Assembly: GCA_963810925.1 (NCBI GenBank)
Contig: CAWEPF010000007.1
Span: forward strand, 13,250-77,249
DNA length: 64,000 bases
Direction: 5' to 3'
DNA from: an uncultured Chloroflexia bacterium
Lineage (GTDB): Bacteria > Chloroflexota > Limnocylindria > QHBO01
Of the stretch, positions 42,149-52,109 are shown piece after piece. The position numbers and the translations under genes were made by a program. Numbering within the stretch: the stretch's first letter is position 1; the number at the start of each line of letters is the position of its first letter. The notes under the pieces were generated by a model. It saw nothing but the letters and a program-made list of their open reading frames with translations, did no database searches and was not told where the DNA came from.

Positions 42149-42861
42149 CCACCCCCGTGGCCACGACCGAGGAGGCGCTCATCCGCCTGGTGGACGTCAG
42201 CGTCACGTACCCGAACGGCAAGGTGGCCCTCAACAACGTGGACCTGGACATCCGGCGCGGCGACTTCATCTTCCTGGTCGGGCCGTCCGGAGCGGGCAAG
42301 TCGACCCTCATCCGGCTCCTCATCCGCGAGCAGGTGGCGAGCAGCGGGCGGGTGTACCTCGCCGGCCGCGACCTGGCGCGAGTGAGCCGCAGCCAGGTCC
42401 ACCGCCTCCGGCGGCGGATCGGGGTCGTGTTCCAGGACTTCCGCCTCCTCCCCAACAAGACGGTGCGCGAGAACGTGGCCTTCGCCCTGGAGGTGACCGG
42501 GGCGCCGCTGTCGGAGATCCGTCGTCGGGTGCCGCGCCTCCTGTCCCTGGTAGGGCTCGAGGACCAGGCCAACCAGCTGCCCAGTCAGCTCTCGGGCGGG
42601 GAGCAGCAGCGGGCGGCCATCGCCCGGGCCCTCGTCCACGACCCGGCCATCCTCATCGCGGACGAGCCCACCGGCAACCTCGACCCGGTCACCGGCTGGG
42701 AGATCGTCCAGCTCCTGCTCGAGATCAACGGGCTGGGGACGACCCTCGTCATGGCCACCCACAACCAGGAGATCGTGACCGCCCTCCGCCGACGGGTGGT
42801 GGCCCTCGAAGGCGGCAAGATCGTGCGCGACGAACTGGGGGCCGCCTACCGTCGCGGCTGA
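42145..42861 (+). CDS. ftsE: Cell division ATP-binding protein FtsE
   Basis: [33 protein letters not shown]. Confidence 0.94.
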   Translation: MTTPVATTEEALIRLVDVSVTYPNGKVALNNVDLDIRRGDFIFLVGPSGAGKSTLIRLLIREQVASSGRVYLAGRDLARVSRSQVHRLRRRIGVVFQDFRLLPNKTVRENVAFALEVTGAPLSEIRRRVPRLLSLVGLEDQANQLPSQLSGGEQQRAAIARALVHDPAILIADEPTGNLDPVTGWEIVQLLLEINGLGTTLVMATHNQEIVTALRRRVVALEGGKIVRDELGAAYRRG

Positions 42862-42882
42862 CCCCGGGTAGGATGCGCACCG

Positions 42883-43776
42883 ATGGGCTTCCTGCGCTTC
42901 CTTCGGTTCGCTCTGGTCCGCGCCGGCCAGGGCTTCTGGCGCAACAAGATGATGAGCCTCGCCGCCACCGCCACGGTCATCCTGATGCTGGTCCTCCTTT
43001 CCGGGCTGGTCATCGTCCTGGGCGGGCTGAACTCGGGACTGGCCTACATCGAGAGCAAGGTGGGGGTCACCGCGCGCCTCGTCGACGACCTGAGCCAGGA
43101 CGACGTGGACGCCCTCGTGGCGGACGTCGAGACGATCCCCGGGGTGGCATCGGTCACCTACGTCTCTCCCGAGGAGGCCATGCACCGGCTGGAAGAGGCC
43201 TACGCCGAGCGGGGCCAGGAGCTGGACACCGGCGGCGCCCAGATCACCCTGTACGCGAGCATCGAGGTGGACCTGACCGATCCGGTCATGGGCGACTCGG
43301 TGGCGGCAGCCCTATCCGAGCGGCCCGAGATCGAGCGGATCACGACCCGCCAGGAGCAGTACGACAAGCTGCTGGGGGTCACCAACGTCGTCCGCCTGGC
43401 GGGGATCGCGGCCATGGTCCTGGTCGGTCTGACGGTCGTGTTCATGATCGTGAACACGATCCGGATCGCGGTCTTCTCGCGCAGCCGAGAGATCGAGATC
43501 ATGCGCCTGGTGGGCGCCAGCGACGCGTTCATCCGCTGGCCGTTCATCGTCGAGGGCATGCTGTGCGGCCTGCTGGGAGCGCTGGTCACCGTGCTCCTGG
43601 TGGCCCTCGTGTGGGGCCCGGTCCAACCGCTCCTGATCGAGATCTTCCAGATGCCCACCGCGGTGGGCGCCCAGTTCTACACCTTCGTCGCGGCCCTCAT
43701 CCTGACGGTGGGCCTGGTCGTGGGCATGCTGGGCAGCTGGATCAGCGTCCGCGCCCACCTGGGAGCCGGCGCATGA
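42883..43776 (+). CDS. ftsX: Cell division permease FtsX
   Basis: 4 TM, NTIRIAV.SR.REIEIMRLVGA, PFIVEG. Confidence 0.95.
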   Translation: MGFLRFLRFALVRAGQGFWRNKMMSLAATATVILMLVLLSGLVIVLGGLNSGLAYIESKVGVTARLVDDLSQDDVDALVADVETIPGVASVTYVSPEEAMHRLEEAYAERGQELDTGGAQITLYASIEVDLTDPVMGDSVAAALSERPEIERITTRQEQYDKLLGVTNVVRLAGIAAMVLVGLTVVFMIVNTIRIAVFSRSREIEIMRLVGASDAFIRWPFIVEGMLCGLLGALVTVLLVALVWGPVQPLLIEIFQMPTAVGAQFYTFVAALILTVGLVVGMLGSWISVRAHLGAGA

Positions 43777-43845
43777 CGCATTGCGAAACCCGCATCTGAC
43801 CAACACCGGGCCTTGACCGGGCCGGTGCTAGACTCCCGCACCCAC

Positions 43846-45282
43846 ATGGACGACAACACACCCGCGGATCTGCCCCCGGCAGATCTGCCCGACCCCATCC
43901 CGGATCCCGCCGACACGCCGCCCGGCACGGCGCCGCTGCCGACCGAAGCGCCCGTGCGCTCCACGGGCGGTCGGTCGCTGCGCTACGCGGCCCTGTTCGG
44001 CCTGGCCGCCCTGCTCGGTACGTTCCTGTTCATCGGTGGCTACCTGGCCGCCGGCGGCAACGGGAGCTCGTGCGCGGCCCCGAGCGAGGCCTTCGCGGCC
44101 TTCTGCCAGGCGTACGACAAGCTGCACGCGGAGTACGTCGACCCTCTCGATGACGACCTGCTGGTCGATGGCGCGCTGCACGGCATGTTCCAGTACGGCG
44201 TCCCGGATCCGCACAGCGGGTACATGAGCCCACAGGACTACGAGAACTCGCTCGGCGACCTGCAGGGCACGTTCAGCGGGATCGGGGCCGAGCTGGCGGT
44301 GAGCAACACCGAGAACCCCGACGACCTGGCGGCGTGCCAGACGCTCTCCGACACGTGCGTCCTGGAGGTCATCGCCCCCATCAACGGATCGCCCGCCGAG
44401 GCGGCCGGCCTCCAGTCGGGGGACATCGTCGTGGCCATCGACGGCGAGAGCGTGAACGGCGGCACCATCGAGGACGCCATCACCAAGGTCCGCGGCCCCG
44501 AAGGGACCGATGTGACGCTGACCATCAGCCGCGACGGCGAGGTCTCGGACCTGACCATCACCCGGGCCCAGATCACGGTGGTCGAGGTCGAAAGCCGGAT
44601 GATCGACGACCACGTGGGCTACATCGCTCTCCACGGGTTCAGCTCCAATGCGAGCACCCAGTTCCACGACGAGCTGAAGACGCTCCTCGACCAGGGCGCC
44701 GACCAGATCGTGTTCGACCTGCGCGACAACCCGGGCGGCTACATCAGCGCCGCCCAGGAGGTGGCGTCGGAGTTCATCGCCGACGGGCTGCTGTTCACGC
44801 AGGAGTCCTCGGGCGGCGAGGTCAAGCGCTGGGAGGCGACCGGCGACGGGATCGCCACCGACCCGCACATCTCGCTGGTGGTCCTCATCAATGGCGGCTC
44901 GGCCTCGGCGTCCGAGATCGTGGGAGCCGCGCTGGACGAGACCGATCGGGCCGAGATCATCGGTGAGCCCAGCTACGGCAAGAACACGGTCCAGGTCTGG
45001 GACCAGCTGGTGAACGGGGGTGGCGTCCGGATCACGATCTCGCGGTGGTTCACCCCGGACCACAACAGCGTGGCCCCCGACGGGATCCAGCCCGACATCG
45101 TGGTCGCCATTCCGGAGGGCACGCCGCCGACCGAAGACCCCGTTCTGGACCGCGCCCTCCAGTACCTCGGCACGGTGGAGCAGCCGGCCGCGGCGGCTCC
45201 GGCCCGGGCAGTGGGCGCCCCTGCTGGCCTCGTGCCGATGAGCGTGGTGGGTCGCGTCAGTCCCGGATGGGTTGTGGGCTGA
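43846..45282 (+). CDS. S41 family carboxyl-terminal processing protease
   Basis: TM, PDZ (FSGIG, SPAEAAGL), DLRDNPGG, SASASE, YGK. Confidence 0.93.
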   Translation: MDDNTPADLPPADLPDPIPDPADTPPGTAPLPTEAPVRSTGGRSLRYAALFGLAALLGTFLFIGGYLAAGGNGSSCAAPSEAFAAFCQAYDKLHAEYVDPLDDDLLVDGALHGMFQYGVPDPHSGYMSPQDYENSLGDLQGTFSGIGAELAVSNTENPDDLAACQTLSDTCVLEVIAPINGSPAEAAGLQSGDIVVAIDGESVNGGTIEDAITKVRGPEGTDVTLTISRDGEVSDLTITRAQITVVEVESRMIDDHVGYIALHGFSSNASTQFHDELKTLLDQGADQIVFDLRDNPGGYISAAQEVASEFIADGLLFTQESSGGEVKRWEATGDGIATDPHISLVVLINGGSASASEIVGAALDETDRAEIIGEPSYGKNTVQVWDQLVNGGGVRITISRWFTPDHNSVAPDGIQPDIVVAIPEGTPPTEDPVLDRALQYLGTVEQPAAAAPARAVGAPAGLVPMSVVGRVSPGWVVG

Positions 45283-45292
45283 TTGCGGCGCG

Positions 45293-45301
45293 TGCTAGCA
45301 T
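45293..45301 (+). promoter_or_regulatory. Extended -10 promoter upstream of the micro-ORF and smpB
   Basis: TGcTAGCAT. Confidence 0.55.
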
Positions 45302-45330
45302 CCGCGGCCACGAAAGGAGGTGGTGTGCAG

Positions 45331-45372
45331 ATGGACAGTTCCAGGCGCGCCACCACCGGGGCGGTGCATTAG
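45331..45372 (+). CDS. Putative 13-aa leader/micro-peptide MDSSRRATTGAVH
   Basis: Preceded by AAAGGAGGTGGT; ATG..TAG; followed by a strong hairpin. Confidence 0.5.
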   Translation: MDSSRRATTGAVH

Positions 45373-45397
45373 ACACAGCCATCGCGTGGTAGCGCAG

Positions 45398-45431
45398 GAT
45401 GGAGCCGGCCGGCAGGCCGGCTCTTTCCATC
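45398..45431 (+). terminator. GC-rich hairpin, terminator or attenuator-like
   Basis: GAGCCGGCC-GGCA-GGCCGGCTC then TTT; outer GATGGA/TCCATC pairing also possible. Confidence 0.6.
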
Positions 45432-45446
45432 TCACCCCCAAGGGAC

Positions 45447-45905
45447 ATGCCTGACCAGACCGTTGCGCTGAACCGCCGCGCCCGCCACGAGTTCGCCGTC
45501 GAGGAGACGCTCGAGGCCGGCCTCGTCCTGACCGGGACCGAGATCAAGAGCATCCGGGCCGGTCGCGCCAACCTGGCCGAGGCCTACGCCCGGATCGAGC
45601 GAGGCGAGGCCTGGCTCATCGGTGCGCACATCGCTCCGTACGAGCAGGCCAGCCGCTTCAACCACGAGCCCACCCGGACCCGCAAGCTGCTCCTCCATCG
45701 CGACCAGATCGCGGAGCTCGTGGGCAAGACCCAGAGCAAGGGATACACCCTGGTTCCCTTGAAGCTGTACATCCGCGGGGGAATCGCCAAGGTGGAGCTG
45801 GGCATCGGCCGCGGGCGCAAGGCGCACGACAAGCGCCGGGTCATTGCGGAGCGCGATGCACGACGCGAGCTGGAGCGCGAGTCGAAGGTCCGGGTCCGGC
45901 TCTAG
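45447..45905 (+). CDS. smpB: SsrA-binding protein
   Basis: NRRARH, EAGLVLTGTEIKS, RKLLLH, HDKR. Confidence 0.98.
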   Translation: MPDQTVALNRRARHEFAVEETLEAGLVLTGTEIKSIRAGRANLAEAYARIERGEAWLIGAHIAPYEQASRFNHEPTRTRKLLLHRDQIAELVGKTQSKGYTLVPLKLYIRGGIAKVELGIGRGRKAHDKRRVIAERDARRELERESKVRVRL

Positions 45906-45980
45906 CCCAACTCGCCCAGCCGGACCGGCGGAGGGCCCGTGGTATCCTCGAAACACCGGGCGGAGCCGTTCGGTGTTCGT

Positions 45981-46337
45981 GGGGATGTCAGGTTTCGACA
46001 GGGCCAACGAACCGGGAATCGCGAGCCGAGGTCGCCCGCAGGCCTCGTTAAACCGCGGGCAAACGTAACTGGCAACCGTCAGTTCGCCCTCGCTGCCTAG
46101 GCAGTGAGCACTGACACCGTCCCCTCTCCCCGGGCGGTGAAGGTGTCATCAGGGGAGATGCGGCACCGCCGACTCCGGTGAGCGGTGACAAAGAGCCGAA
46201 AGGCAGCCGGATAGGACTTGGAGCACCCCGCCGGTTGGGGGCCCGAGACCCGAAACCCAAATAGGCCGGAAACGCTCGTAGTGAGACCCGGGAACTCGGT
46301 TCTGGACGGGGAGTTCGATTCTCCCCCATCTCCACCA
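45981..46337 (+). ncRNA. ssrA: Transfer-messenger RNA; tag (A)GNRQFALAA at 46071-46100
   Basis: 5' GGGGATG..GGTTTCGAC, 3' GGGAGTTCGATTCTCCCCCATCTCCACCA; tag ORF after TAACT; extended -10 TGgTATCCT upstream. Confidence 0.97.
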
Positions 46338-46441
46338 TTTCTCCTGCACATCGGTCTTGCTTGACCGATGCCGGGCGCGGTAGGGTCCGCGTGCCGAGGA
46401 ACTTCTCGCGCCCAATCCGCCGAGTTGGAGAAGCAACGCCC

Positions 46442-46885
46442 ATGAATTTCTCTGCCCTGAGCGGTACTGACCGCATGGCCGCCCTGTCTGCCGTGGTGGT
46501 CCTGATCACGTCGATCATCAGCCTGGTCTGGGCGTGGGGGGCATTGATGCTCCTCCCCCTGGTGGCCGGCCTCTTCGTCCTGTTCGTCGTCTTCCAGCCG
46601 AGCGTCGCCCCGACAGTGAAGCTGCCGATGACCCACGGCTTCCTCCTCCTGGTTGGAGGGGCGGCAGCCGCGCTGTTCTGGGCCGTCGTGGCACTCGAAT
46701 GGCTGGGTTACATCTTCGAGCACCTGCTCTCGTTGGACGTCCTGCAATTCTTCGTGGGGTTCATCGCGGCCCTGGCCATGGCGTTCTTCGGCTGGCAGGC
46801 GTTCCAGGCGGACAAGGGAACGGCAGGCGCCGCGCCCCCGTCGGCCCCGTCGGCCCCGGTTCCCCCGGCTCCCCCCGCCGCCTGA
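46442..46885 (+). CDS. Hypothetical 4-TM membrane protein with Pro/Ala tail
   Basis: GGAG SD, four hydrophobic segments. Confidence 0.75.
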   Translation: MNFSALSGTDRMAALSAVVVLITSIISLVWAWGALMLLPLVAGLFVLFVVFQPSVAPTVKLPMTHGFLLLVGGAAAALFWAVVALEWLGYIFEHLLSLDVLQFFVGFIAALAMAFFGWQAFQADKGTAGAAPPSAPSAPVPPAPPAA

Positions 46886-46901
46886 CGACGGGCGGGCGCG
46901 C

Positions 46902-47345
46902 CTAGCGCGCTCCGCTGAGGACGCGGTACCGCGTTTCCAGCAGTTCGGCTGCGTCCGGACTGCCGGGAGGCAGCAGCCGCTGCAGACGGAGGACGACGGC
47001 GTCGGCCGGCAGGCCATCGTCCACCGCGTCCAGGGCTTCCGCCGCCAGGGCGCGGTCTGATCCGGTCACCCGCGATCGCAGGTCGGTGAGGAGGGCCGCC
47101 ATGTCGGCCTGGGTCGCCTCCAGCTCCCCGGGAGGGTCGGCCAGGGACGCGAGGAAGTACACGATGGCGGCCGCGACCAGCCCGGCCCGGATTCCGGCCG
47201 GGTCATCGGTCGGGTCCGGCACCAGCGCCCCGTCAGGAGCACCGAAGACGAGCCGGTAGCCGCTCGGCAGCGGCTCGATCCCGACCCACGCCCCGGAGGG
47301 CGCGAGCCGACCGATGGCGCGGACCGGGCCGCCGGCCCGCTCCAC
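46902..47345 (-). CDS. Hypothetical protein
   Basis: Follows jag on the same strand and fills the gap to the convergent gene. Confidence 0.6.
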   Translation of the reverse strand: MERAGGPVRAIGRLAPSGAWVGIEPLPSGYRLVFGAPDGALVPDPTDDPAGIRAGLVAAAIVYFLASLADPPGELEATQADMAALLTDLRSRVTGSDRALAAEALDAVDDGLPADAVVLRLQRLLPPGSPDAAELLETRYRVLSGAR

Positions 47346-47356
47346 GTCGAGGGCCC

Positions 47357-48361
47357 CTACTCGACCTTGCTGGCGGGGAGGATGACGACCCTGCGGTTGG
47401 GCTCCACGCCGACGCTCTGGGTCCGCACCTCCGTGTGCTCCGCCAGGGCGAGGTGGATGATCCGCCGCTCCATGGCCGGCATGGCCTCGAGCTGGATGAT
47501 CTTCCCGCTCTGGGCGACGCGCTTGGCGGCCCGATCGGCGACGTCACGGAGCTGGTCCTCGCGACGGCCGCGGTAGTTCTCCACGTCGACCATGATCCGG
47601 TTGGGCTGGCCCTCGTCCTTGCGGGCGACGATCAGGTTGACGATGTGCTGGAGGCTGGCCAGCTTCTCGCCTCGACGACCGATGAGCACGCCCAGGTCGT
47701 CGCCCACCACGTTCAGCTTGGCGGCCTCGGTGCCCATCTGGATCTCGACGGCGCCCTTGAGCTCCATGAGCCGAAGCAGCTCCTCGAGGACCGATTTTGC
47801 CTCGTCCAGGGTGGCCCGCTCCGAGTCGGAGAGCTCCTCCATGGGCTTGGCCGGAACGAACGGGCGCGGCTCCGGCCGAGAGTCGCCGTTGCGACCCTCC
47901 GACGAGCGGCCCTCTGACGGCGGGCGGCTGCTGCTGCTCCGTCCGGTCCCGCTGCTGCGGCCGCGGCCCCGGTCACCGTCGCGGCCTCGTCCGCGCCCAC
48001 GGGGCGCACCACGCGGGGCCTCTGCCGTTTCGACGGCCATCACCGGCACGGAATCGGCTTCCGCATCGGCCAGCGCCGCCTCGGCGGCGTCATCGGTGTC
48101 GATGGGACGCGACGGCGCGGCCGGCACAACGGCCTCCGGCTCGTCATCGGCTTGTGGCTCCACCCGGAGGGTGGCCGCTCCGGCCACCGCGGACTTGGGC
48201 GCGGCCAGGATCCGGGCCTCGTCACCGCCCACGCCGAGGATGCCTCGGCTGCCTTGGGCCAGGATCTCGATGTCGAGGTCGGACAGGTCGGCGCCGAACT
48301 CCTTCATCGCAGCCCGGATCGCCTCCTCGACGTTCTTTCCACTGAATTCCTTGAAGGTCAT
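47357..48361 (-). CDS. jag: RNA-binding protein Jag/KhpB (EloR)
   Basis: Jag_N GKNVEEAI, KH LIGRRG, R3H ERRIIH. Confidence 0.95.
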   Translation of the reverse strand: MTFKEFSGKNVEEAIRAAMKEFGADLSDLDIEILAQGSRGILGVGGDEARILAAPKSAVAGAATLRVEPQADDEPEAVVPAAPSRPIDTDDAAEAALADAEADSVPVMAVETAEAPRGAPRGRGRGRDGDRGRGRSSGTGRSSSSRPPSEGRSSEGRNGDSRPEPRPFVPAKPMEELSDSERATLDEAKSVLEELLRLMELKGAVEIQMGTEAAKLNVVGDDLGVLIGRRGEKLASLQHIVNLIVARKDEGQPNRIMVDVENYRGRREDQLRDVADRAAKRVAQSGKIIQLEAMPAMERRIIHLALAEHTEVRTQSVGVEPNRRVVILPASKVE

Positions 48362-49485
48362 CGTCGTCGGCCCTCCCGGCCTTTCTTCCGACGGCTTGGG
48401 CGTCGCTGACCGGCGTTGGGAGCCGGGGCAGCCTTGTCTTGCCCGTTGGTCGGTGATGGATTGGCGCTCTTGGTGGTCGCCGTCATGCCGAGGTCTCCGG
48501 CGTCAGGGCTCGGAGCCCAGCGGGGCTGCCACCCGAAGAGCGGGAAGAGATTGCCCCACCCCATGATCAGGTACTGCTGAACGATGAGGTAGGCGGTGTA
48601 GACACCCCAGTACAGGACCAGGCCGCTGGGGAAGATGCCGCCCCAGACGATGGTCATGACCGGGAACAGGAAGGTCATGGTCTGGGTGGTGGCCGCAGTG
48701 GGGTCGTCGCCCGCGTTGCCGCGCGGCGACGTCATGCGGACCTGGACGAACTGGAGTGCGGCCGCGATCACGGCCAGGAGTGACAGGGAGAAACCGATCC
48801 CCGGCAGCACGATCGCGAATGCGTGGTCCACCGTTGCCAGGTTCAGGGACACGTGGGTGAACGGGTTGGTGAGCCACTCGATGATCGTGTCGATGGGCAC
48901 GTCCAGCTTGAACGGGGTGATCAGCTGGCAGTTGAGCGGCAGGAACTGGTGGAAGTCAGGCGGGACGGTGCAGGAGCCGTTGATCGGGATCTCGTACTGG
49001 TTGGTGCCGATCAGGGCGATGCCCGGGTTCGACGCCAGGAACGCGTCGAAGCTCGCCTGCTTGTCCTGCGGCGGGGTGTAGGTGATGACGCTCGAGGCCC
49101 GGCTCAGGGTCTGGTACAGGGCGAACAGGATGGGCAGCTGGAGGAGGAGCGGCAGGCAGCCCCCGAACATGTTTACGCCGTGCTCGCGGTAGATGGCCGC
49201 CTGCTCTTCGCGGATCTTGGTCGGGTTGCCCTTGTGCTTGCGCTGGACTTCCTTGAGCAGGGGTTGGAGGCGCTGCATCTCTTTCTGGGACTTGATCTGG
49301 CGGATGAACAGCGGAGCCAGCAGGGTCCGGATGATCAGGGTCAGGGCGATGAGGGCCAGGGCGAGGTCGCTGAACAGCAGGTGATACAGGCCGATGAGGG
49401 CGTTGAAGAGGGGAAGGAAGATGACGTCCCAGGGCGGGTTGAAGGTCTCGATTCCGAAGAATCCGTCGGCGAGCAATGGCGTCAC
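48358..49485 (-). CDS. yidC: Membrane protein insertase YidC (short form)
   Basis: TLIIR, MQRLQP, GGCLPLLLQLPI, SGLVLYW. Confidence 0.95.
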   Translation of the reverse strand: MTPLLADGFFGIETFNPPWDVIFLPLFNALIGLYHLLFSDLALALIALTLIIRTLLAPLFIRQIKSQKEMQRLQPLLKEVQRKHKGNPTKIREEQAAIYREHGVNMFGGCLPLLLQLPILFALYQTLSRASSVITYTPPQDKQASFDAFLASNPGIALIGTNQYEIPINGSCTVPPDFHQFLPLNCQLITPFKLDVPIDTIIEWLTNPFTHVSLNLATVDHAFAIVLPGIGFSLSLLAVIAAALQFVQVRMTSPRGNAGDDPTAATTQTMTFLFPVMTIVWGGIFPSGLVLYWGVYTAYLIVQQYLIMGWGNLFPLFGWQPRWAPSPDAGDLGMTATTKSANPSPTNGQDKAAPAPNAGQRRPSRRKKGREGRRR

Positions 49486-49494
49486 AGGGCGTTC

Positions 49495-49701
49495 CTAGCG
49501 GACCGGGTCATAGCCACCGGGATGGAACGGGTGACAGCGCGCGATGCGCTTGGCCCCCATCCACGAACCCCGGAAGAAGCCGTACTTCTCGACTGCCTGG
49601 TAGGTGTAGGCCGAGCAGGACGGGGTGTAGCGGCAGGTGGGCGGCATCCACACGGTGAGGATCTGGTAGGCACGGATCATGCCCATCCCGAGATAGCGCA
49701 C
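49495..49701 (-). CDS. yidD: Membrane protein insertion efficiency factor
   Basis: [26 protein letters not shown]. Confidence 0.96.
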   Translation of the reverse strand: MRYLGMGMIRAYQILTVWMPPTCRYTPSCSAYTYQAVEKYGFFRGSWMGAKRIARCHPFHPGGYDPVR

Positions 49702-49702
49702 G

Positions 49703-50041
49703 TCAACGCTCCCGCACGCCGGCGCGGGACAGCACCTGATCCAGGGCGTCGCCCAGCTCTGCGAAGGACGCACGACGCGCCCCGGGTTTCGTGATCACCA
49801 GCAGGTCCCAGCCCGCTCCCATCTCGCCATAGCGCTTCCGGACCAGCTCGCGCATGCGGCGTCGTACCCGATTGCGTTCCACTGCCCCGCCCAATGTGGC
49901 GGGAGTGGCCAGGCCGATCCGGGTGATCGGCTCTTCCGTTTGTCGGGCCCGCAGGACCAGGAGCCGGGTGGCGTTGAGGCTTCCCGAGCGCACCACCGCC
50001 TCGAAGTCGGCCCGGCGACGAAGTGTCGGATAGGCCGCCAC
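49703..50041 (-). CDS. rnpA: Ribonuclease P protein component
   Basis: [24 protein letters not shown]. Confidence 0.94.
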   Translation of the reverse strand: MAAYPTLRRRADFEAVVRSGSLNATRLLVLRARQTEEPITRIGLATPATLGGAVERNRVRRRMRELVRKRYGEMGAGWDLLVITKPGARRASFAELGDALDQVLSRAGVRER

Positions 50042-50058
50042 GGGTGTGGGCGTCGGGC

Positions 50059-50193
50059 TCAGGCGCTCAGCCGGCTGCGCCCCCTCGCCCGACGGCGGGA
50101 AAGCACGCGGCGACCGCCCTTGGAAGCCATGCGAGCGCGAAAGCCGTGATTCCGCTTTCGGGCGCGCTTCTTGGGCTGGTAGGTCCGTTTCAT
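50059..50193 (-). CDS. rpmH: 50S ribosomal protein L34
   Basis: MKRTYQP...HGFRARM. Confidence 0.98.
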   Translation of the reverse strand: MKRTYQPKKRARKRNHGFRARMASKGGRRVLSRRRARGRSRLSA

Positions 50194-50307
50194 CGTCGCT
50201 CTGGCTTTCCCTCTGTTGAACCATGGCGCTGCAGCCGTCAAACACGCTGCGAGGCTGGCGTCTCGCCAGCCTCATCGGTCCATCACGGACTGCGGTGCGC
50301 GGCCGCG

Positions 50308-50359
50308 ATTCTATCCCAGGTGAACAATCATTGCCCACCCCACCGGCTGGCGCTACACT
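50308..50359. promoter_or_regulatory. Divergent rpmH/dnaA promoters with degenerate DnaA boxes
   Basis: TAGAAT on minus (50308-13); TTGCCC-17-TACACT on plus; box-like CTATCCCAG, TTGTTCACC (minus), TTGCCCACC. Confidence 0.6.
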
Positions 50360-50481
50360 ACGCCGACCCCCGGGACCAGACGCCCACGACTACGGGCCGT
50401 GCCCGCCCCGGTGGCATACCAGATTCTCGGATTTCGCCCGGTCCGTGGTACTCCCAAGGCCGGCCTGGAGGCGTCTGTCGA

Positions 50482-51822
50482 ATGGATGCGAAACAGGTGT
50501 GGCGCGCCGTCCTTGGCGAGCTGCAGGTCAGTCTCTCAGCTGCAAACTTCGAAACGTGGCTGAAGGACACCTCCCTCGAGGAGATCGACGAGCACCTGTT
50601 CCGGATCTCGGCACCCAACGGCTTCACCCGGGATTGGCTCGATAACCGCTACCGGACCCTGATCAGCCAGACCCTGGCCCGCGTGGTGGGCCGCTCAGTT
50701 CGCGTGGAGTTCGTGGTCGCGGATGCGCCCGGCCCCGCGCCCGAGCAGGCCAGCGACGAGCTGACCCCGGTCCCGGTCACCACCCCCAGCGGCAACACGG
50801 TCAACCTCAACACCCGCTACACGTTCGCGAACTTCATCGTGGGCAGCGCCAACCGTCTGGCCCACGCAGCGGCCCTGTCGGTGGCCGAGCGCCCGGGCCA
50901 CGCCTACAACCCGCTCTTCCTGTACGGCGGGGTGGGCCTGGGCAAGACCCACCTCATGCATGCCATCGGTCATGCGGTCGCCGCCAAGTTCCCGCGCAAG
51001 CGGATCATGTACGCGACCAGCGAGAAGTTCACGAACGACTTCATCAACTCCATCCGCGAGCAGAAGATGGAGGACTTCCGGAGCCGATATCGGCGGATCG
51101 ATGTCCTGCTCATCGACGACATCCAGTTCATCGCCGAGCGCGAGCGGACCCAGGAGGAGTTCTTCCACACCTTCAACGCCATCCACGAGGTGGGCAAGCA
51201 GATCGTCCTGTCCTCGGACCGCCCGCCCAAGGCCATCACCACCCTGGAGGAGCGGCTCCGCTCGCGGTTCGAGATGGGCCTCATCGCTGACCTCACGCCC
51301 CCCGACCTCGAGACCCGGATCGCCATCCTTCGCTCCAAGGCGGAGGACCAGCTCCACCTCATCCCGTCGGAGGTCATCGACTTCATCGCCCGCAAGGTGG
51401 TGAGCAACGTCCGCGAGCTGGAAGGGGCCCTGAACCGGGTCCTGGCGTACGCCTCCATGAGTGGCGCGCCCATCAACATCGAGCTGGCGTCGGCGGTCCT
51501 GAGCAACGTCATGTACAACCCGCGCAAGCGGTCGATCACCCCCCAGCGCATCGTGCGGGTGGTGGCCGACTACTACGGCGTGAACCTGGACCAGCTGCGC
51601 AGCAGCAAGCGGGAGAAGGCCATCGTCGTCCCGCGCCAGATCGCGATGTACCTGATCCGCGAGGAGACCGATATCTCGCTCCTGCGAATCGGTGCCGAGC
51701 TGGGCGGGCGCGACCATTCCACCGTCCTCCACGCCTGCGACAAGATCAACCGCGAGATGCAGGAGAACGACGAGCTGCGGCGCGAGATCAGCGCCGTGCG
51801 GGAGATGATCTACTCGGAGTGA
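50482..51822 (+). CDS. dnaA: Chromosomal replication initiator DnaA
   Basis: YNPLFLYGGVGLGKTHL, IDDIQF, RDHSTV. Confidence 0.99.
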   Translation: MDAKQVWRAVLGELQVSLSAANFETWLKDTSLEEIDEHLFRISAPNGFTRDWLDNRYRTLISQTLARVVGRSVRVEFVVADAPGPAPEQASDELTPVPVTTPSGNTVNLNTRYTFANFIVGSANRLAHAAALSVAERPGHAYNPLFLYGGVGLGKTHLMHAIGHAVAAKFPRKRIMYATSEKFTNDFINSIREQKMEDFRSRYRRIDVLLIDDIQFIAERERTQEEFFHTFNAIHEVGKQIVLSSDRPPKAITTLEERLRSRFEMGLIADLTPPDLETRIAILRSKAEDQLHLIPSEVIDFIARKVVSNVRELEGALNRVLAYASMSGAPINIELASAVLSNVMYNPRKRSITPQRIVRVVADYYGVNLDQLRSSKREKAIVVPRQIAMYLIREETDISLLRIGAELGGRDHSTVLHACDKINREMQENDELRREISAVREMIYSE

Positions 51823-52080
51823 GCGGTGCATAACCAGCCCGGAGCTGGTGACCGGCGGGGGATAGCGGAGCGCGCGGCGTGGGGCCAGCGACCGGCGCGA
51901 GGAACGGTCATCCCCGGTCCATCAGTTCCGGCGGGCGGTCAGCCCACCATCGGTCCCCACCCCGCGCACCGAGGCCTGGCAGCCCCGGCGGTCTCACCGG
52001 GCGAGGATGTCCACACCGTCCACACCCCTACTGCCAGAGACGACTATTCAAAGACTCTATTCTTCAGAGGTACCGTAGTG
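51823..52080. other. oriC: Replication origin oriC (dnaA-dnaN intergenic)
   Basis: Degenerate DnaA boxes; tandem ATGTCCACA CCGTCCACA, CCCC, trio-like TAC..., AT-richer tract (52007-52068). Confidence 0.8.
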
Positions 52081-52109
52081 AGCAGCTCGTTCAGCCCCAT
52101 GAGCCCCTC

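Noticed and set aside
46337-46900. Possible island integrated at the tmRNA 3' end
   Set aside because: No integrase and no repeat of the tmRNA 3' end seen
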